This document shows positions 38,193 to 48,263 of a DNA stretch of 64,000 bases, piece after piece. Location: the NCBI GenBank assembly GCA_963666425.2, contig OY762825.2, forward strand, positions 960,001 to 1,024,000, written 5' to 3'. This DNA is from Bacillota bacterium. Its GTDB lineage: Bacteria > Bacillota > JAAYKD01. The position numbers were made by a program, and so were the translations under genes. Each line of letters begins with the position of its first letter. The first letter of the stretch is position 1. The notes under the pieces were generated by a model. It saw only the letters and a list, made by a program, of their open reading frames with translations. It was not told the DNA's origin and made no database searches.

Positions 38193-39269
38193 TCAATATT
38201 TCCCGGTTCCTGCAGGGATCAACTGAAAACCCATGCCGTGCCGGATATACGGCAGCAATGCAAGGCTTTTTTCAGTGACTTGGCCGATTCTGTTCTGTCT
38301 GGGATCGGCAGGCAGCGCCAAGCGGGCAATTTCCAGCTCACCGGAGTAGCGTTCATAGAGATGATTCGCCAGACAAATGCTGCCCTGCGGACGCTGCCAA
38401 CCGGCAGAGTCCGCTGCGATAGCGCTGCCTTTTTCCGCGTAATTACGACTGGTAACCGAGCGGATCACATAGGGTGAACTATCCTGTCTTTCCTGCTGCG
38501 GTAAGTGATACCACCGCTCTGAGCCACTGTGCAGTTGTACCTCAATTTTCAACTGATTCTGCAGCAAGTCCTGGCAGGCTTGCCACGAACCGCTGCTCAA
38601 AGCGGCATCTCCTACAATCACCTGATCCGTTTCGGTCTCCTGCCATAACTGCAGATAAGCAAGCAGCGGCGGTTGCAGGCGCGTAGTCTCTACGGTTGGT
38701 AACCCTGCCCGAATCGGCTCCCGTTTCTCTGCATCTCCAGCGATAAACGCCATCGTTTGCATTCCGTATTGGTGACACAAGCGATTCTGTTTTTGTACAT
38801 CTTCACGACTCAAGCCGCTGTAAGGTTTGGGATAAAAATTATGGCAGGCTGCCAGGTGATCAAATTGCGCATTGGCCTTTTGCAAACTCTGCAGATAAGC
38901 TTCATCTAAAGTGGAAGCATTCAACAAAACAGGTGAATCCTGACTATACCCGGCAATTTCCTGGATCGAAAAACCATAATCGATACGAGTATACTCCAGC
39001 TGCAACTCTCTTACCGCTGCGAGATTGCGGCACTGCAGAGCTTCAAGGCTGGTCGGCCCGATATCGGCAATCAATTGCAGACCAAACTGCCGGGTTAATT
39101 TTGCCAGATGATTGAATTGCCTGAGCAAATTGACAGTAGTTTGCTCAGGCAGATGCAGTGAGGTAAAAATCCAGCGCATCCCGATGGCAGCCGCCTGTTC
39201 AACAGACGACTCCATCTGCGTCAAGGAGCCATTCAGATAGACTCCAATTCCCAAACCTGGTGTTTTCAT
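38193..39269 (-). CDS. MupG/DUF871-family 6-phospho-N-acetylmuramidase-like protein
   Basis: IFTSLHLPE, RIDYG, LNAST, CHNFYP, GLPTVE, RYSGELEI. Confidence 0.88.
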   Translation of the reverse strand: MKTPGLGIGVYLNGSLTQMESSVEQAAAIGMRWIFTSLHLPEQTTVNLLRQFNHLAKLTRQFGLQLIADIGPTSLEALQCRNLAAVRELQLEYTRIDYGFSIQEIAGYSQDSPVLLNASTLDEAYLQSLQKANAQFDHLAACHNFYPKPYSGLSREDVQKQNRLCHQYGMQTMAFIAGDAEKREPIRAGLPTVETTRLQPPLLAYLQLWQETETDQVIVGDAALSSGSWQACQDLLQNQLKIEVQLHSGSERWYHLPQQERQDSSPYVIRSVTSRNYAEKGSAIAADSAGWQRPQGSICLANHLYERYSGELEIARLALPADPRQNRIGQVTEKSLALLPYIRHGMGFQLIPAGTGKY

Positions 39270-39470
39270 AGGATCACGCTCCTGTATAAGCCGTTTTTCG
39301 TTTCATAAACATCACTGCTTGCCTGCACTCAAATCAAGACAGCAGTCAATTGCTCCGCTCCGGATATCACCCAGTCTGCGCTTTTATGCGTCAGAGCCCT
39401 GTATAAAAAAGCCGCAGTCGCTATAGACTGCAGCTGATTATCGAGAACATCATAAAATCTGCGTTTCGAC

Positions 39471-39821
39471 TTAAAACCCACCGAGAAAAGCTAAAAAGGC
39501 CAAAACGGCTATGACAATCGCCATGCCACGGGCTGTCTTTTTTTTGGCTTCCTCCGGTTCGGTCTTTGTCATCCAAAAGAATAATGCCGCTGTAATAGCA
39601 TAACTGAAACAGGGATTCAACTCGACCTTGGCCATCAGCTGCAGAATGCTCAGGCCGCTGATCACATAAGCATAGATGGTGATTTGCTTTTTTCGGCGCT
39701 GAAAGCCCTCCGGATCTTTCCCACTCAGCTTATCAGCAAATTGATTAATACCAAAGACCAAGATTCCGCTGAAAACCAGCCAAATGAATGCATTCCATGG
39801 AATCGTACTCCAATCAACCAT
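39471..39821 (-). CDS. Small hypothetical membrane protein
   Basis: GAGGAGG RBS; 4 hydrophobic segments. Confidence 0.7.
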   Translation of the reverse strand: MVDWSTIPWNAFIWLVFSGILVFGINQFADKLSGKDPEGFQRRKKQITIYAYVISGLSILQLMAKVELNPCFSYAITAALFFWMTKTEPEEAKKKTARGMAIVIAVLAFLAFLGGF

Positions 39822-40054
39822 ACTTTATCCTCCTCGTTTGGTTTGCCGTTGGCCGGGATCCGAATTCTTGCAGCGGTCCTGACAGAGTATTGCACTTAAA
39901 TACGGCTGTAAACCTATCTAGGTATCAATTTGATTTCTACACAACATTTTCCTTCTTTTCTCCCGATATCTTTTCCGGATTACCCTCTTTACCATTTGCA
40001 TTTATAAAGGTATAATGATAGGGGTATCCCAAGAAATACAGGAGGTCATTCTCG

Positions 40055-41260
40055 ATGAAAGTTTTAGTTCTCAATTGCGGCAGCTCTTCTTTAAAGTATC
40101 AATTATTTGATGCAACCGATGAAAGCGTTCTTGCCAAAGGCCGCGTAGAACGGATCGGTATTGACGGGTCTTTCCTAGTGCACAAAGGCAGCGGAGACGA
40201 AATCACGGTAGAGACAGCAATGCCTGATCACAAGGTAGCTATTAAGAACGTTTTAAATATGCTCACCAATGAAAAATACGGTGTGATCAAATCCTTTGAT
40301 GAAATTGGAGCGGTGGGGCATCGTGTTGTGCACGGCGGAGAAGATTTCTCTGGATCCGTACTGATCACCGAAGCAGTCAAGGCGTCCCTAACCCGCAATA
40401 TCGAACTGGCGCCGCTGCACAATCCGCCAAATCTGATGGGCATCGAAGCAGTGGAAGCTGCCATGCCCGGTGTGCCGAATATCGGTGTCTTTGATACCGC
40501 TTTTCACTCCACCATGCCGAAGTTCAGTTATCTTTACGCTTTGCCCTATAGCCTCTATGAAAAGTATAAAATCCGCCGTTATGGCTTCCACGGCACTTCT
40601 CATAAATTCGTTTCCCAGCGCTGCGCTGTGCTGATGGGCAAACCGATCGAAGCATTGAAAATCATCACGGCTCATTTGGGCAATGGCTGTTCTCTGACTG
40701 CCGTCGATGGCGGTAAATCCGTCGATACTTCGATGGGTTTCACTCCCCTGGAAGGCGTCATGATGGGAACCCGCTCCGGTGATTTTGATCCCGCTATCGT
40801 TGGTTACGTCATGCAAAAAGAAAATCTGAGCTTTGATGAATTCAGTAAAATGGTCAACAAAGATTCCGGTATGCTCGGTATCACCGGTATTTCCAGCGAT
40901 ATGCGCGATGTGGAAACCGCTGCCGATGCCGGCAATGATCGCGCTTTGCTGGGTTTGGATATGTTTGAGTATCAGATTCGCAAAATGATCGGCTCCTATG
41001 TAGCTGTGCTCAATGGTATTGACGCGCTTGTCTTTACGGCGGGAATCGGCGAAAATGATTCTGCCATGCGCAGTAAAATCTGCAGCCATCTGGGCTGGTT
41101 GGGCGTCGAAATCGACGAAAACCTCAATAACAATCGTAAGATCAAGGAAAAAGAAATTTCCACGGCAAATTCCAAAATTCGTGTCTTTGTCATTCCCACC
41201 AACGAAGAACTTGCCATCGCCAGAGACACCTACGCCATCGTGACCGGCAAAATGAAATAA
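40055..41260 (+). CDS. ackA: Acetate kinase
   Basis: LNCGSSSLK, GHRVVHGG, APLHNP, YGFHGTSH, TNEE; TTTACC-17 bp-TATAAT upstream at 39988-40016. Confidence 0.97.
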   Translation: MKVLVLNCGSSSLKYQLFDATDESVLAKGRVERIGIDGSFLVHKGSGDEITVETAMPDHKVAIKNVLNMLTNEKYGVIKSFDEIGAVGHRVVHGGEDFSGSVLITEAVKASLTRNIELAPLHNPPNLMGIEAVEAAMPGVPNIGVFDTAFHSTMPKFSYLYALPYSLYEKYKIRRYGFHGTSHKFVSQRCAVLMGKPIEALKIITAHLGNGCSLTAVDGGKSVDTSMGFTPLEGVMMGTRSGDFDPAIVGYVMQKENLSFDEFSKMVNKDSGMLGITGISSDMRDVETAADAGNDRALLGLDMFEYQIRKMIGSYVAVLNGIDALVFTAGIGENDSAMRSKICSHLGWLGVEIDENLNNNRKIKEKEISTANSKIRVFVIPTNEELAIARDTYAIVTGKMK

Positions 41261-41296
41261 GAAAACCAAGTCAAATCCTTCAATCTATTGTATTAG

Positions 41297-41371
41297 AAAC
41301 CCGGACAGCTGCCTATGACGCACCTTCAGTTTGCACTGAGGATGGCTATAGGCAGCTGTCCGGGTTTTTTT
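41297..41371 (+). terminator. Long-stem intrinsic terminator
   Basis: AAACCCGGACAGCTGCCTAT/ATAGGCAGCTGTCCGGGTTTTTTT. Confidence 0.8.
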
Positions 41372-41405
41372 GATATTCGTGATCAGACCATCGGCTGGTT
41401 CAATG

Positions 41406-42506
41406 TTAGCGCAGGATCATTAAGTCTCTGGGGAAGCCGGTGATGATCCGCGCTCCGCCGGCTGTCATGACGGCATCATCCTCGATTCGCACTCCACCCA
41501 ACCCTGGCAGATATATTCCGGGTTCGATCGTGAACGCATTGCCAATAACAAAGGGCGTTTGATTACCTTTGACCACATAGGGTTCTTCGTGCGTATCGAG
41601 GCCGAGACCATGACCGGAACGATGAATAAAATAAGCACCATAACCGGCAGCCGTTATTTTACCGCGCGCCAAGGCATCCAGTTCCTCTCCGGTCATGCCG
41701 GGCTTGCTGTTCTGGCGGGCATATTCCTGTGCTTCCTGCACAATCCGGTAGATCTTCTTCAATTCAGCCGGCAGTTCACCAATGGCAAAGGTTCTGGTAA
41801 TATCCGCCGTATAACCTTGATACTTGGCTACAATATCGAGAATGACGGTTTCTCCTTCAGCTAAGGCCTTATCTGAGGTAATCGCATGCGGTAAACAGCC
41901 GCGTTCACCGGAAATCACACTGCCACCGCCGCTGCCGCCAAAAGCTCGGATCGTTTTTTCCAAGAGAGCGGCTACTTCCAACTCCGTCACCCCGGGTTTC
42001 ATGGTTGCCTGCGCCGCTTTCAGCGCTTCTTCCACACAAATAACCGCTTTGCACATCAGTGAAACCTCTTCTTCTTCTTTCACACTGCGCATTTGGTTCA
42101 AAATCGAATCCAATGCTTTGATGCTGACCTGATTTTTCATGGCGGTCAAAATCAAATCCCATTCGAGCAAGCGCGTGCTGCGATATTCACAGGCAATCAC
42201 TTTCCCGCTTAAATGACTGGCGGTAAAGGCTGCTTCGCATGCTTTTTGCGGTCCCTCTTCATCTGTCCAGGGGAATATTTGCGCAATACCGGTGATGCGG
42301 CGGATTTTTTCCGCTTCCAACTGAGGGCAAACCACAAAAGGCTCTCCCTGCACAGGAAAAACTGCCATGGTGACCCGTTCGCTCAGGTTCATGGTCAAAC
42401 CGGTCAGATAGAAGAAATTGGAACCGGGAACGATGAGAGCGGCATCAAAACCAGACTGCTGTAGTAAGGAACGTAGTTTTTCCAGTCGATTGATCAATGA
42501 AAGCAA
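41406..42506 (-). CDS. Xaa-Pro aminopeptidase (M24)
   Basis: PHA, DITRT, HRSGHGLGLDTHEEP, TIEPGIY, GVRIED. Confidence 0.92.
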   Translation of the reverse strand: MLSLINRLEKLRSLLQQSGFDAALIVPGSNFFYLTGLTMNLSERVTMAVFPVQGEPFVVCPQLEAEKIRRITGIAQIFPWTDEEGPQKACEAAFTASHLSGKVIACEYRSTRLLEWDLILTAMKNQVSIKALDSILNQMRSVKEEEEVSLMCKAVICVEEALKAAQATMKPGVTELEVAALLEKTIRAFGGSGGGSVISGERGCLPHAITSDKALAEGETVILDIVAKYQGYTADITRTFAIGELPAELKKIYRIVQEAQEYARQNSKPGMTGEELDALARGKITAAGYGAYFIHRSGHGLGLDTHEEPYVVKGNQTPFVIGNAFTIEPGIYLPGLGGVRIEDDAVMTAGGARIITGFPRDLMILR

Positions 42507-42542
42507 CTCCTTTTCAAATCATTCTATTTTAGAATTTCGCTG

Positions 42543-43325
42543 CTATGATAAGGAATCCTGCCGCTCTTTTGCATCCAAAGCCAGCGGTTTGCGCTTTTTA
42601 GCCCAAAATAAAATCAGGATGCCTAAAATGATCATGACAACGCTGAACACCTGTGCTGCTTTTAAGGGACCCAGCCATTCGCTGTCTGTGCGCAGCTGCT
42701 CGATGAAAAAGCGTCCGACCGAATACAAGATCAAATAACTGGCTGTCACGACCCCGGGCTGTTGCTTTCGCTCCCGCAGCATGGCATACAGAAAAGCAAA
42801 GAGCAAAATGTCCCAAATCGATTCATAGAGGAAGGTGGGATGACGGTATTCCCCTGCAATCAGCATTCCCCAGGGCAGTGTCGTAATACTGCCAAAGGCT
42901 TCCTGATTAAACCAGTTGCCCCAACGTCCGATGGCTTGCGCCAATGCCATACAGGGCATGGCCAAATCCAGGTAAGGCCAGATATTCGTCTTTCTGTAGC
43001 GAAAGTAAAAATACGCGGCTGCGATCCCCGCGATGATACCGCCATGAATCGCCAACCCCCCCTCCCAGATGCGGATGATCTCATTGGCATGACTGCCGTA
43101 ATAATCCAAATGAAAGAGGACATAGTAAATACGCGCTCCTAAAACGCCGCTGGGAATCGCCAGCAGAACCGCATCCAATAGATATTCCTCATTCAATCCG
43201 GAACGTCTGGCTTGGCGTAAGCCAATGATCAGCGCGAGGGCCATACCCAAAGCGATTAATACACCATACCAGCGGATCGAAAAATAAGCTGATTGAAACA
43301 AATAAGGACTGTTTGGAACCGGCAT
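42543..43325 (-). CDS. lgt: Prolipoprotein diacylglyceryl transferase
   Basis: RWYG, GARIYY, GGLAIHGG, GRWGNWFNQE, HPTFLYE. Confidence 0.95.
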   Translation of the reverse strand: MPVPNSPYLFQSAYFSIRWYGVLIALGMALALIIGLRQARRSGLNEEYLLDAVLLAIPSGVLGARIYYVLFHLDYYGSHANEIIRIWEGGLAIHGGIIAGIAAAYFYFRYRKTNIWPYLDLAMPCMALAQAIGRWGNWFNQEAFGSITTLPWGMLIAGEYRHPTFLYESIWDILLFAFLYAMLRERKQQPGVVTASYLILYSVGRFFIEQLRTDSEWLGPLKAAQVFSVVMIILGILILFWAKKRKPLALDAKERQDSLS

Positions 43326-43383
43326 CTCACCATCACCTTTCTTTATGAAAATTCCTGCCGCATACGCCATGCCAAAAAAACGT

Positions 43384-44721
43384 TTAGCCTGACACGGATT
43401 CTCTTTGCAGCCGTTCGGCCAAATCACGTCGCTGCTCCAAGCTATACTGCTCAGAAATCACTAATTCAATAATATCTTCAGCCAACTTGACCTCATCATG
43501 CCGAACATAATTCTGATACTTCAAATAATCATTTTGTACCACTTTTACCCCGAGTTTACTGATCGTGACAAGATCCGCTTCCACCGGCGCGCCGCCTTCT
43601 TTGGAATATGACTGCACCCATTTCTCGATGACTTGACCGGTATTGACGATGGCATAGTCCAGCACATTCCGATCCAAAAACTGCATGATTGTTTTTACAT
43701 AATCGGAAGCCTTATGATAATCGGTTTCTCCCGGCTGGACCATCATGTTGCAGACATAAATCGTCAGTGCCGCGCTGGCGGTAATTGCTTCGGAAATTCC
43801 TAATACCAACAGATTGGGAATGATGCTGGTATAGAGACTGCCCGGACCTAAAATGACAGCATCCGCCTCATGGATTGCCTTTAAAACTTCTGGCATAGAG
43901 CTGGGATGAGCAGGTTCCAGTCTGACGGTACGAATTTTGGCGTGAGCATGACCGATTGCTGATTCCCCGCGGATCAGCCGGCCATCCTGTGTTTCCGCCA
44001 CCAAGGTCACATTCTCCAACGTGGAAGGGAATACCTGACCCCCCACCGCCAAGACTTTAGAAGTTTCCTGCACTGCTTTTTCAAAATTCCCATCGTTGAC
44101 TGCAGTCATGGCAGCCAAAAATAGATTGCCGAAATTATGCCCGGCCAGACTGCCTTCGGTAAAACGATATTCAAACAATTGCTGCAGCGACGGCTCTGTA
44201 TTTGCCATCGCCAAGATACAGTTGCGAATATCGCCTGGCGGCAGTGTGCCCAATTCCTCACGCAGCCGACCGGAAGAACCACCGTCATCGGCCATGGTGA
44301 CAATGGCGGTCAAATTACTGGTATACTGCTTCAAACCGCGAATCAAGACAGATAAACCGGAACCACCGCCGATGACGACCAGTTTTGGTCCGCGCTTCAA
44401 TTGACGTTTCTGATAAAACAAATCGGCCAGATGCTGAGCGGAATCGGGCAGCATGATGGCGGTCACACTCTTCGCCAAGCGACGGGTGGCGTAGATGATC
44501 AGACCAAGTCCTGCGATCAGCAGCAAACCTCCCAAAGAAGGCCCAAAGCGCGTCCCGGTAATGCGATATAGAATCACTTGAATCTCGTCAGCATAGCGCT
44601 GAAAGTCTAAACCGAAAACGATGAAAGCACCGAAACCGATGAAACAGAAACCCAGCAGAATCAACACCAGCCAACGTTTCACCCGCATTCCGGGCAAAAA
44701 CCAACGACCGAAGCGTTTCAT
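43384..44721 (-). CDS. yvcK: YvcK/GlmR UDP-GlcNAc-binding protein with N-terminal TMs
   Basis: GGGSGL, DDGGSSGRLR, PPGDIRN, GHNFGN, GPGSLYTS. Confidence 0.92.
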   Translation of the reverse strand: MKRFGRWFLPGMRVKRWLVLILLGFCFIGFGAFIVFGLDFQRYADEIQVILYRITGTRFGPSLGGLLLIAGLGLIIYATRRLAKSVTAIMLPDSAQHLADLFYQKRQLKRGPKLVVIGGGSGLSVLIRGLKQYTSNLTAIVTMADDGGSSGRLREELGTLPPGDIRNCILAMANTEPSLQQLFEYRFTEGSLAGHNFGNLFLAAMTAVNDGNFEKAVQETSKVLAVGGQVFPSTLENVTLVAETQDGRLIRGESAIGHAHAKIRTVRLEPAHPSSMPEVLKAIHEADAVILGPGSLYTSIIPNLLVLGISEAITASAALTIYVCNMMVQPGETDYHKASDYVKTIMQFLDRNVLDYAIVNTGQVIEKWVQSYSKEGGAPVEADLVTISKLGVKVVQNDYLKYQNYVRHDEVKLAEDIIELVISEQYSLEQRRDLAERLQRESVSG

Positions 44722-45626
44722 GGATTGATTTTATCCTCCGATTCTTCCGTATCTCTAAGCCTTTTTTTAACATCACGATGACTGACATCGACCGTATAGC
44801 CACGTAAACGCAGCTCATCAGCCAGTTTCTCTGCAACAGTGACCGAGCGATGACGTCCCCCTGTGCAGCCGATGGCAATCACCAGTTGATTCTTCCCTTC
44901 CAATTTATAATTGGGTAAGAGAAAATCCATCAGGTCCACTAATTTACTGAGGAACATGCGGCTGACCGGCCATTTCATCACATAATCGATCACACTGGCA
45001 TGCAGCCCGGTAAATTCTCGCAGATCTTCCACCCAATAGGGATTGGGCATAAAACGGACATCAAACAGCAAATCAGCATCCAGCGGCAGACCGAATTTAA
45101 AGCCGAATGAAACGATATGTACCAGCAACTGTGATTTCTCCTCTGGGTGCATGAATAAATTCTGCACTGTCTCCACCAATTGATGCGGTGTGAGATCGGA
45201 AGTATCAAGGATATGATTCGCTCGCCCTTTGAGAAAGCTGGTTTTGCTGCGTTCTTTTTCGATCCCTTCCAACAAACGGCCATTGGGCAACAGAGGGTGC
45301 GGACGGCGCGATTCTTTAAATCGGCGCACCAAAGCTTCGTCACTGGCATCCAGAAAGAGGATCTCATAGCGCACATCCTGCTTATCCAGTTGCTCTAAAG
45401 CAGCAAAGATCGAATAAAAATACTCACCGCCGCGGACATCGACACAAATCGCCGCCCTTCGGATATGCTGCGGCTCTTCATTGAGTAATTTCGTAAATTG
45501 CGGTAAAAGCGCCGGTGGTAAATTGTCGACACAAAAGAAATCCAAATCCTCCAAGGCATGCAAAGCAGAGGATTTCCCGGCTCCGGACATACCGGTTACG
45601 ATCAACAAAAAACGATCGTTCATCAT
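44718..45626 (-). CDS. rapZ: RapZ/YvcJ nucleotide-binding protein
   Basis: GMSGAGKS, VDNLPP, SFGFKFG, DVRFMPNP, GCTGGRHRSV. Confidence 0.95.
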   Translation of the reverse strand: MMNDRFLLIVTGMSGAGKSSALHALEDLDFFCVDNLPPALLPQFTKLLNEEPQHIRRAAICVDVRGGEYFYSIFAALEQLDKQDVRYEILFLDASDEALVRRFKESRRPHPLLPNGRLLEGIEKERSKTSFLKGRANHILDTSDLTPHQLVETVQNLFMHPEEKSQLLVHIVSFGFKFGLPLDADLLFDVRFMPNPYWVEDLREFTGLHASVIDYVMKWPVSRMFLSKLVDLMDFLLPNYKLEGKNQLVIAIGCTGGRHRSVTVAEKLADELRLRGYTVDVSHRDVKKRLRDTEESEDKINP

Positions 45627-45828
45627 ACAGCCTCCTATATCATTCAAAGAGCTTCCAGATTATCAGGATCCAGCGATGGGAAACAGACCGTCTTGCACTT
45701 ATTCGCCACTCGGCAGAAAATATCCTTATCCTGAAAGAGAAATTTCCAAAAGGTTTCACGAGCGATTCGATTGAATCTGTGATATAATCGTTTTGGTTCA
45801 TCGCATCTTGAATGCTAGGAGGAAAAGC

Positions 45829-47079
45829 ATGGAATTATTCTGGAATGGCAACAATTGGTCTCTGCAATTGGATGCTCTGATTGCACTTGGTATCTCAATG
45901 CTGCTTTTTCTGTTTGGCAAAAAAATAGGCCGATGGTTCCCGGTCATCGGCCGCTCTTATATTCCAGCGTCCGTCATCGGAGGAGTGCTTTTCGCAATCA
46001 TCAATTTCATCGGCTACCAAACCGATTTTTTCACGCTCAGTTTTGATACCGGCGTGCAAATTCCAGCCATGGGTGGCTTTTTCGCCTGCATCGGCTTGAA
46101 TTTAGCTTTCAGCAAACAGGCCAAGTTGGAACGCAATTTGTTGATTTATTGGTTGCTCTGCATCCTGACCATCTTAGGACAAAATCTGCTCGGTGTCGCT
46201 TTGGCAGCGCTCTTCCGCTTGCCTCTTTTTCTGGGCGTTTTAGCCGGTTCAGCTTCCCTGGTAGGTGGTTATGGTCTGGCCGCTTCCATCGGCCCCGCCG
46301 CTGCAAACCTCGGGCTGGTTGGTGCGTCGGAAATTGGCATTGCTTCCGCTACCTTCGGCTTAATTGCCGGCGCTTTCACCGGCGGCCCCTTCGCCAGGTT
46401 CCTCAACCAGCGTTATCATGTGATAGAAAAACAAGCTGCACCAGCTGTTTTTTACAATCAATCGTCCGGTCAGCGGGAGCAGCGCCAACCAGGTGACGAA
46501 ATGCTGCATTTCACCATCAATTCCTTTCTGCTGCATACGGTGCTGCTCAGCTTTATTCTGGCTGTCAGCGCCGCCACGGTACCGATTTTGGAAAAATTCT
46601 TCCCCGGACTGACCATTCCCACCTCGGTTTCTGCGATGATCATCGGTATGCTGGTTGGCTATCTGATCAAACTCGACGGCAAATTTCCATTAAACCAGGC
46701 CATTCTCAATTTATACAGTGAACTTTTTCTGGCTATTTTTCTGACCATGGCGGCCATGTCACTGCAACTCTGGGAACTCTCCAGCCTGGCTTTACCACTG
46801 CTGGTCATCCTCGTCTGCCAGGTTTTATTTACCTTTCTCTTCTGTTATTTTGTGACCTTCCCCGTCATGGGTAAAAACTATGAAGCGCTTGTGATGTGCT
46901 CCGGTATGATCGGCCATGTCTTAGGCGCCACCCCCAACGCGATGGCCAACATGGAAGCGATCACTTCCCAACACGGTCCTGCCGACCAGGCAAATTTCAT
47001 CGTTCCGATGGCAGGCGGTTTTATGGGAGATATGGTGAACGTTCCGCTGGTCATGTTGCTTTTGAATTTGTTAACCTAA
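45829..47079 (+). CDS. gltS: Sodium/glutamate symporter family protein
   Basis: IPASVIGG, ASATFGL..G...GGP, GATPNAMANM. Confidence 0.85.
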   Translation: MELFWNGNNWSLQLDALIALGISMLLFLFGKKIGRWFPVIGRSYIPASVIGGVLFAIINFIGYQTDFFTLSFDTGVQIPAMGGFFACIGLNLAFSKQAKLERNLLIYWLLCILTILGQNLLGVALAALFRLPLFLGVLAGSASLVGGYGLAASIGPAAANLGLVGASEIGIASATFGLIAGAFTGGPFARFLNQRYHVIEKQAAPAVFYNQSSGQREQRQPGDEMLHFTINSFLLHTVLLSFILAVSAATVPILEKFFPGLTIPTSVSAMIIGMLVGYLIKLDGKFPLNQAILNLYSELFLAIFLTMAAMSLQLWELSSLALPLLVILVCQVLFTFLFCYFVTFPVMGKNYEALVMCSGMIGHVLGATPNAMANMEAITSQHGPADQANFIVPMAGGFMGDMVNVPLVMLLLNLLT

Positions 47080-47213
47080 AATTGAAAAAAGGTGCAAAAT
47101 TCCTGCTTTCCCGGGCAGCGATGAGCTCTTTTCTTAAAGGAGCCGGGCAAAGCGCCGGCGAAATAAAGTCTTGATAAATAGGTTTCCATACGATAAAAGG
47201 AGATGGCAGATCA

Positions 47214-48098
47214 ATGGGTAATGTAAAACTGTTTTGGATCGATGAGAAGAAAATGGAAGAGCTGCGCATGGAAGACATTGCCTTAAATGAAGAGCAAAAA
47301 AACTTGATTGAACAGAACATCAGTACGATGTTTGGTTTACGCTTGATCACCGGCGATTACCAGATGAGCGACAGCCATGCCTTAGCCATTGATACTTTGG
47401 CCTTAGATGCCAATGATCACCCTGTCATCATCTACTACCGCCGTCCTTATGTAACCGACACCGTCAATCGCGGCTTAAGCGCCATGGCTTGGCTGCATTC
47501 GCACCACAGTGAATTTCAGCTGTTGGTCATGCATCATCTGGGTCAGGAAGCGGCCAACCGCATCCAATGGCTGCAGCCGCGCCTCTTCTGCCTCAGCGAT
47601 GAATATACCCAATATGAATTGAACGCAGCCGCTCTGACCAGAATCTCTACAGAATTAATCCGGTATTGTTTTTACGGTGAGAATTTATTGCTGATCGAAC
47701 GTCTCGCTCTGCCGGAAGCAAGCGACCGGGAAAATCCGTTTCAAGCCCAACTCGACCGCTATTTGGCCAACGCCAGCCTGCCCGTGCAGCAGCTCTATCA
47801 GGAGTTCGTCAGCTTGATTGACAGTCAGGGTAATGACGCGAATGTCAGCTGGCAAATGGATTCGATTGCCTGGGCTAGGTTACGCAATTTCGCTGTGCTG
47901 CAGGCCCAGAATGATACCTTACATATTTACCTCAATCTGCCTTTGGAGGCTGTCAGTATTGAAGAAATGCAATATGACTTTGTGCATAACAACAAACTCA
48001 ATGAATTGACTTTTGGCAGCATCGAATTGACCATCCGAACTTCGGAAGAACTGATGCTGAGCAGCGATTTGATCGTCCGCGCCTATAAATATAACTAA
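47214..48098 (+). CDS. DUF91/NucS-like plus DUF5655-like protein with degenerate nuclease site
   Basis: IDTLALD..PVII, WL..H..EFQLLV, I.W..PRL.C pattern recalled from this family. Confidence 0.6.
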   Translation: MGNVKLFWIDEKKMEELRMEDIALNEEQKNLIEQNISTMFGLRLITGDYQMSDSHALAIDTLALDANDHPVIIYYRRPYVTDTVNRGLSAMAWLHSHHSEFQLLVMHHLGQEAANRIQWLQPRLFCLSDEYTQYELNAAALTRISTELIRYCFYGENLLLIERLALPEASDRENPFQAQLDRYLANASLPVQQLYQEFVSLIDSQGNDANVSWQMDSIAWARLRNFAVLQAQNDTLHIYLNLPLEAVSIEEMQYDFVHNNKLNELTFGSIELTIRTSEELMLSSDLIVRAYKYN

Positions 48099-48139
48099 AG
48101 AACAGCACTTCGGAATTTCAAAAACCTGATTTTTTAGCC

Positions 48140-48190
48140 AAAATACCCCTGCCGCTGTCGTGTTATAACGACAACAGCAGGGATATTTTT
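48140..48190. terminator. Bidirectional terminator
   Basis: AAAATACCCCTG...CAGGGATATTTT imperfect stem between convergent genes. Confidence 0.65.
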
Positions 48191-48263
48191 CTTATTCAAT
48201 GGTATCCTTAGCGAAAAACCGCAGGCTTGCCGCTTTTTCTCTGTCATTGGCGACGGCTCAAGC

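Noticed and set aside
10536-41269. Long antisense ORFs (e.g. 10536..11342, 22715..23329, 33497..34099, 40388..41269)
   Set aside because: Shadows of well-supported genes on the opposite strand, with no motifs
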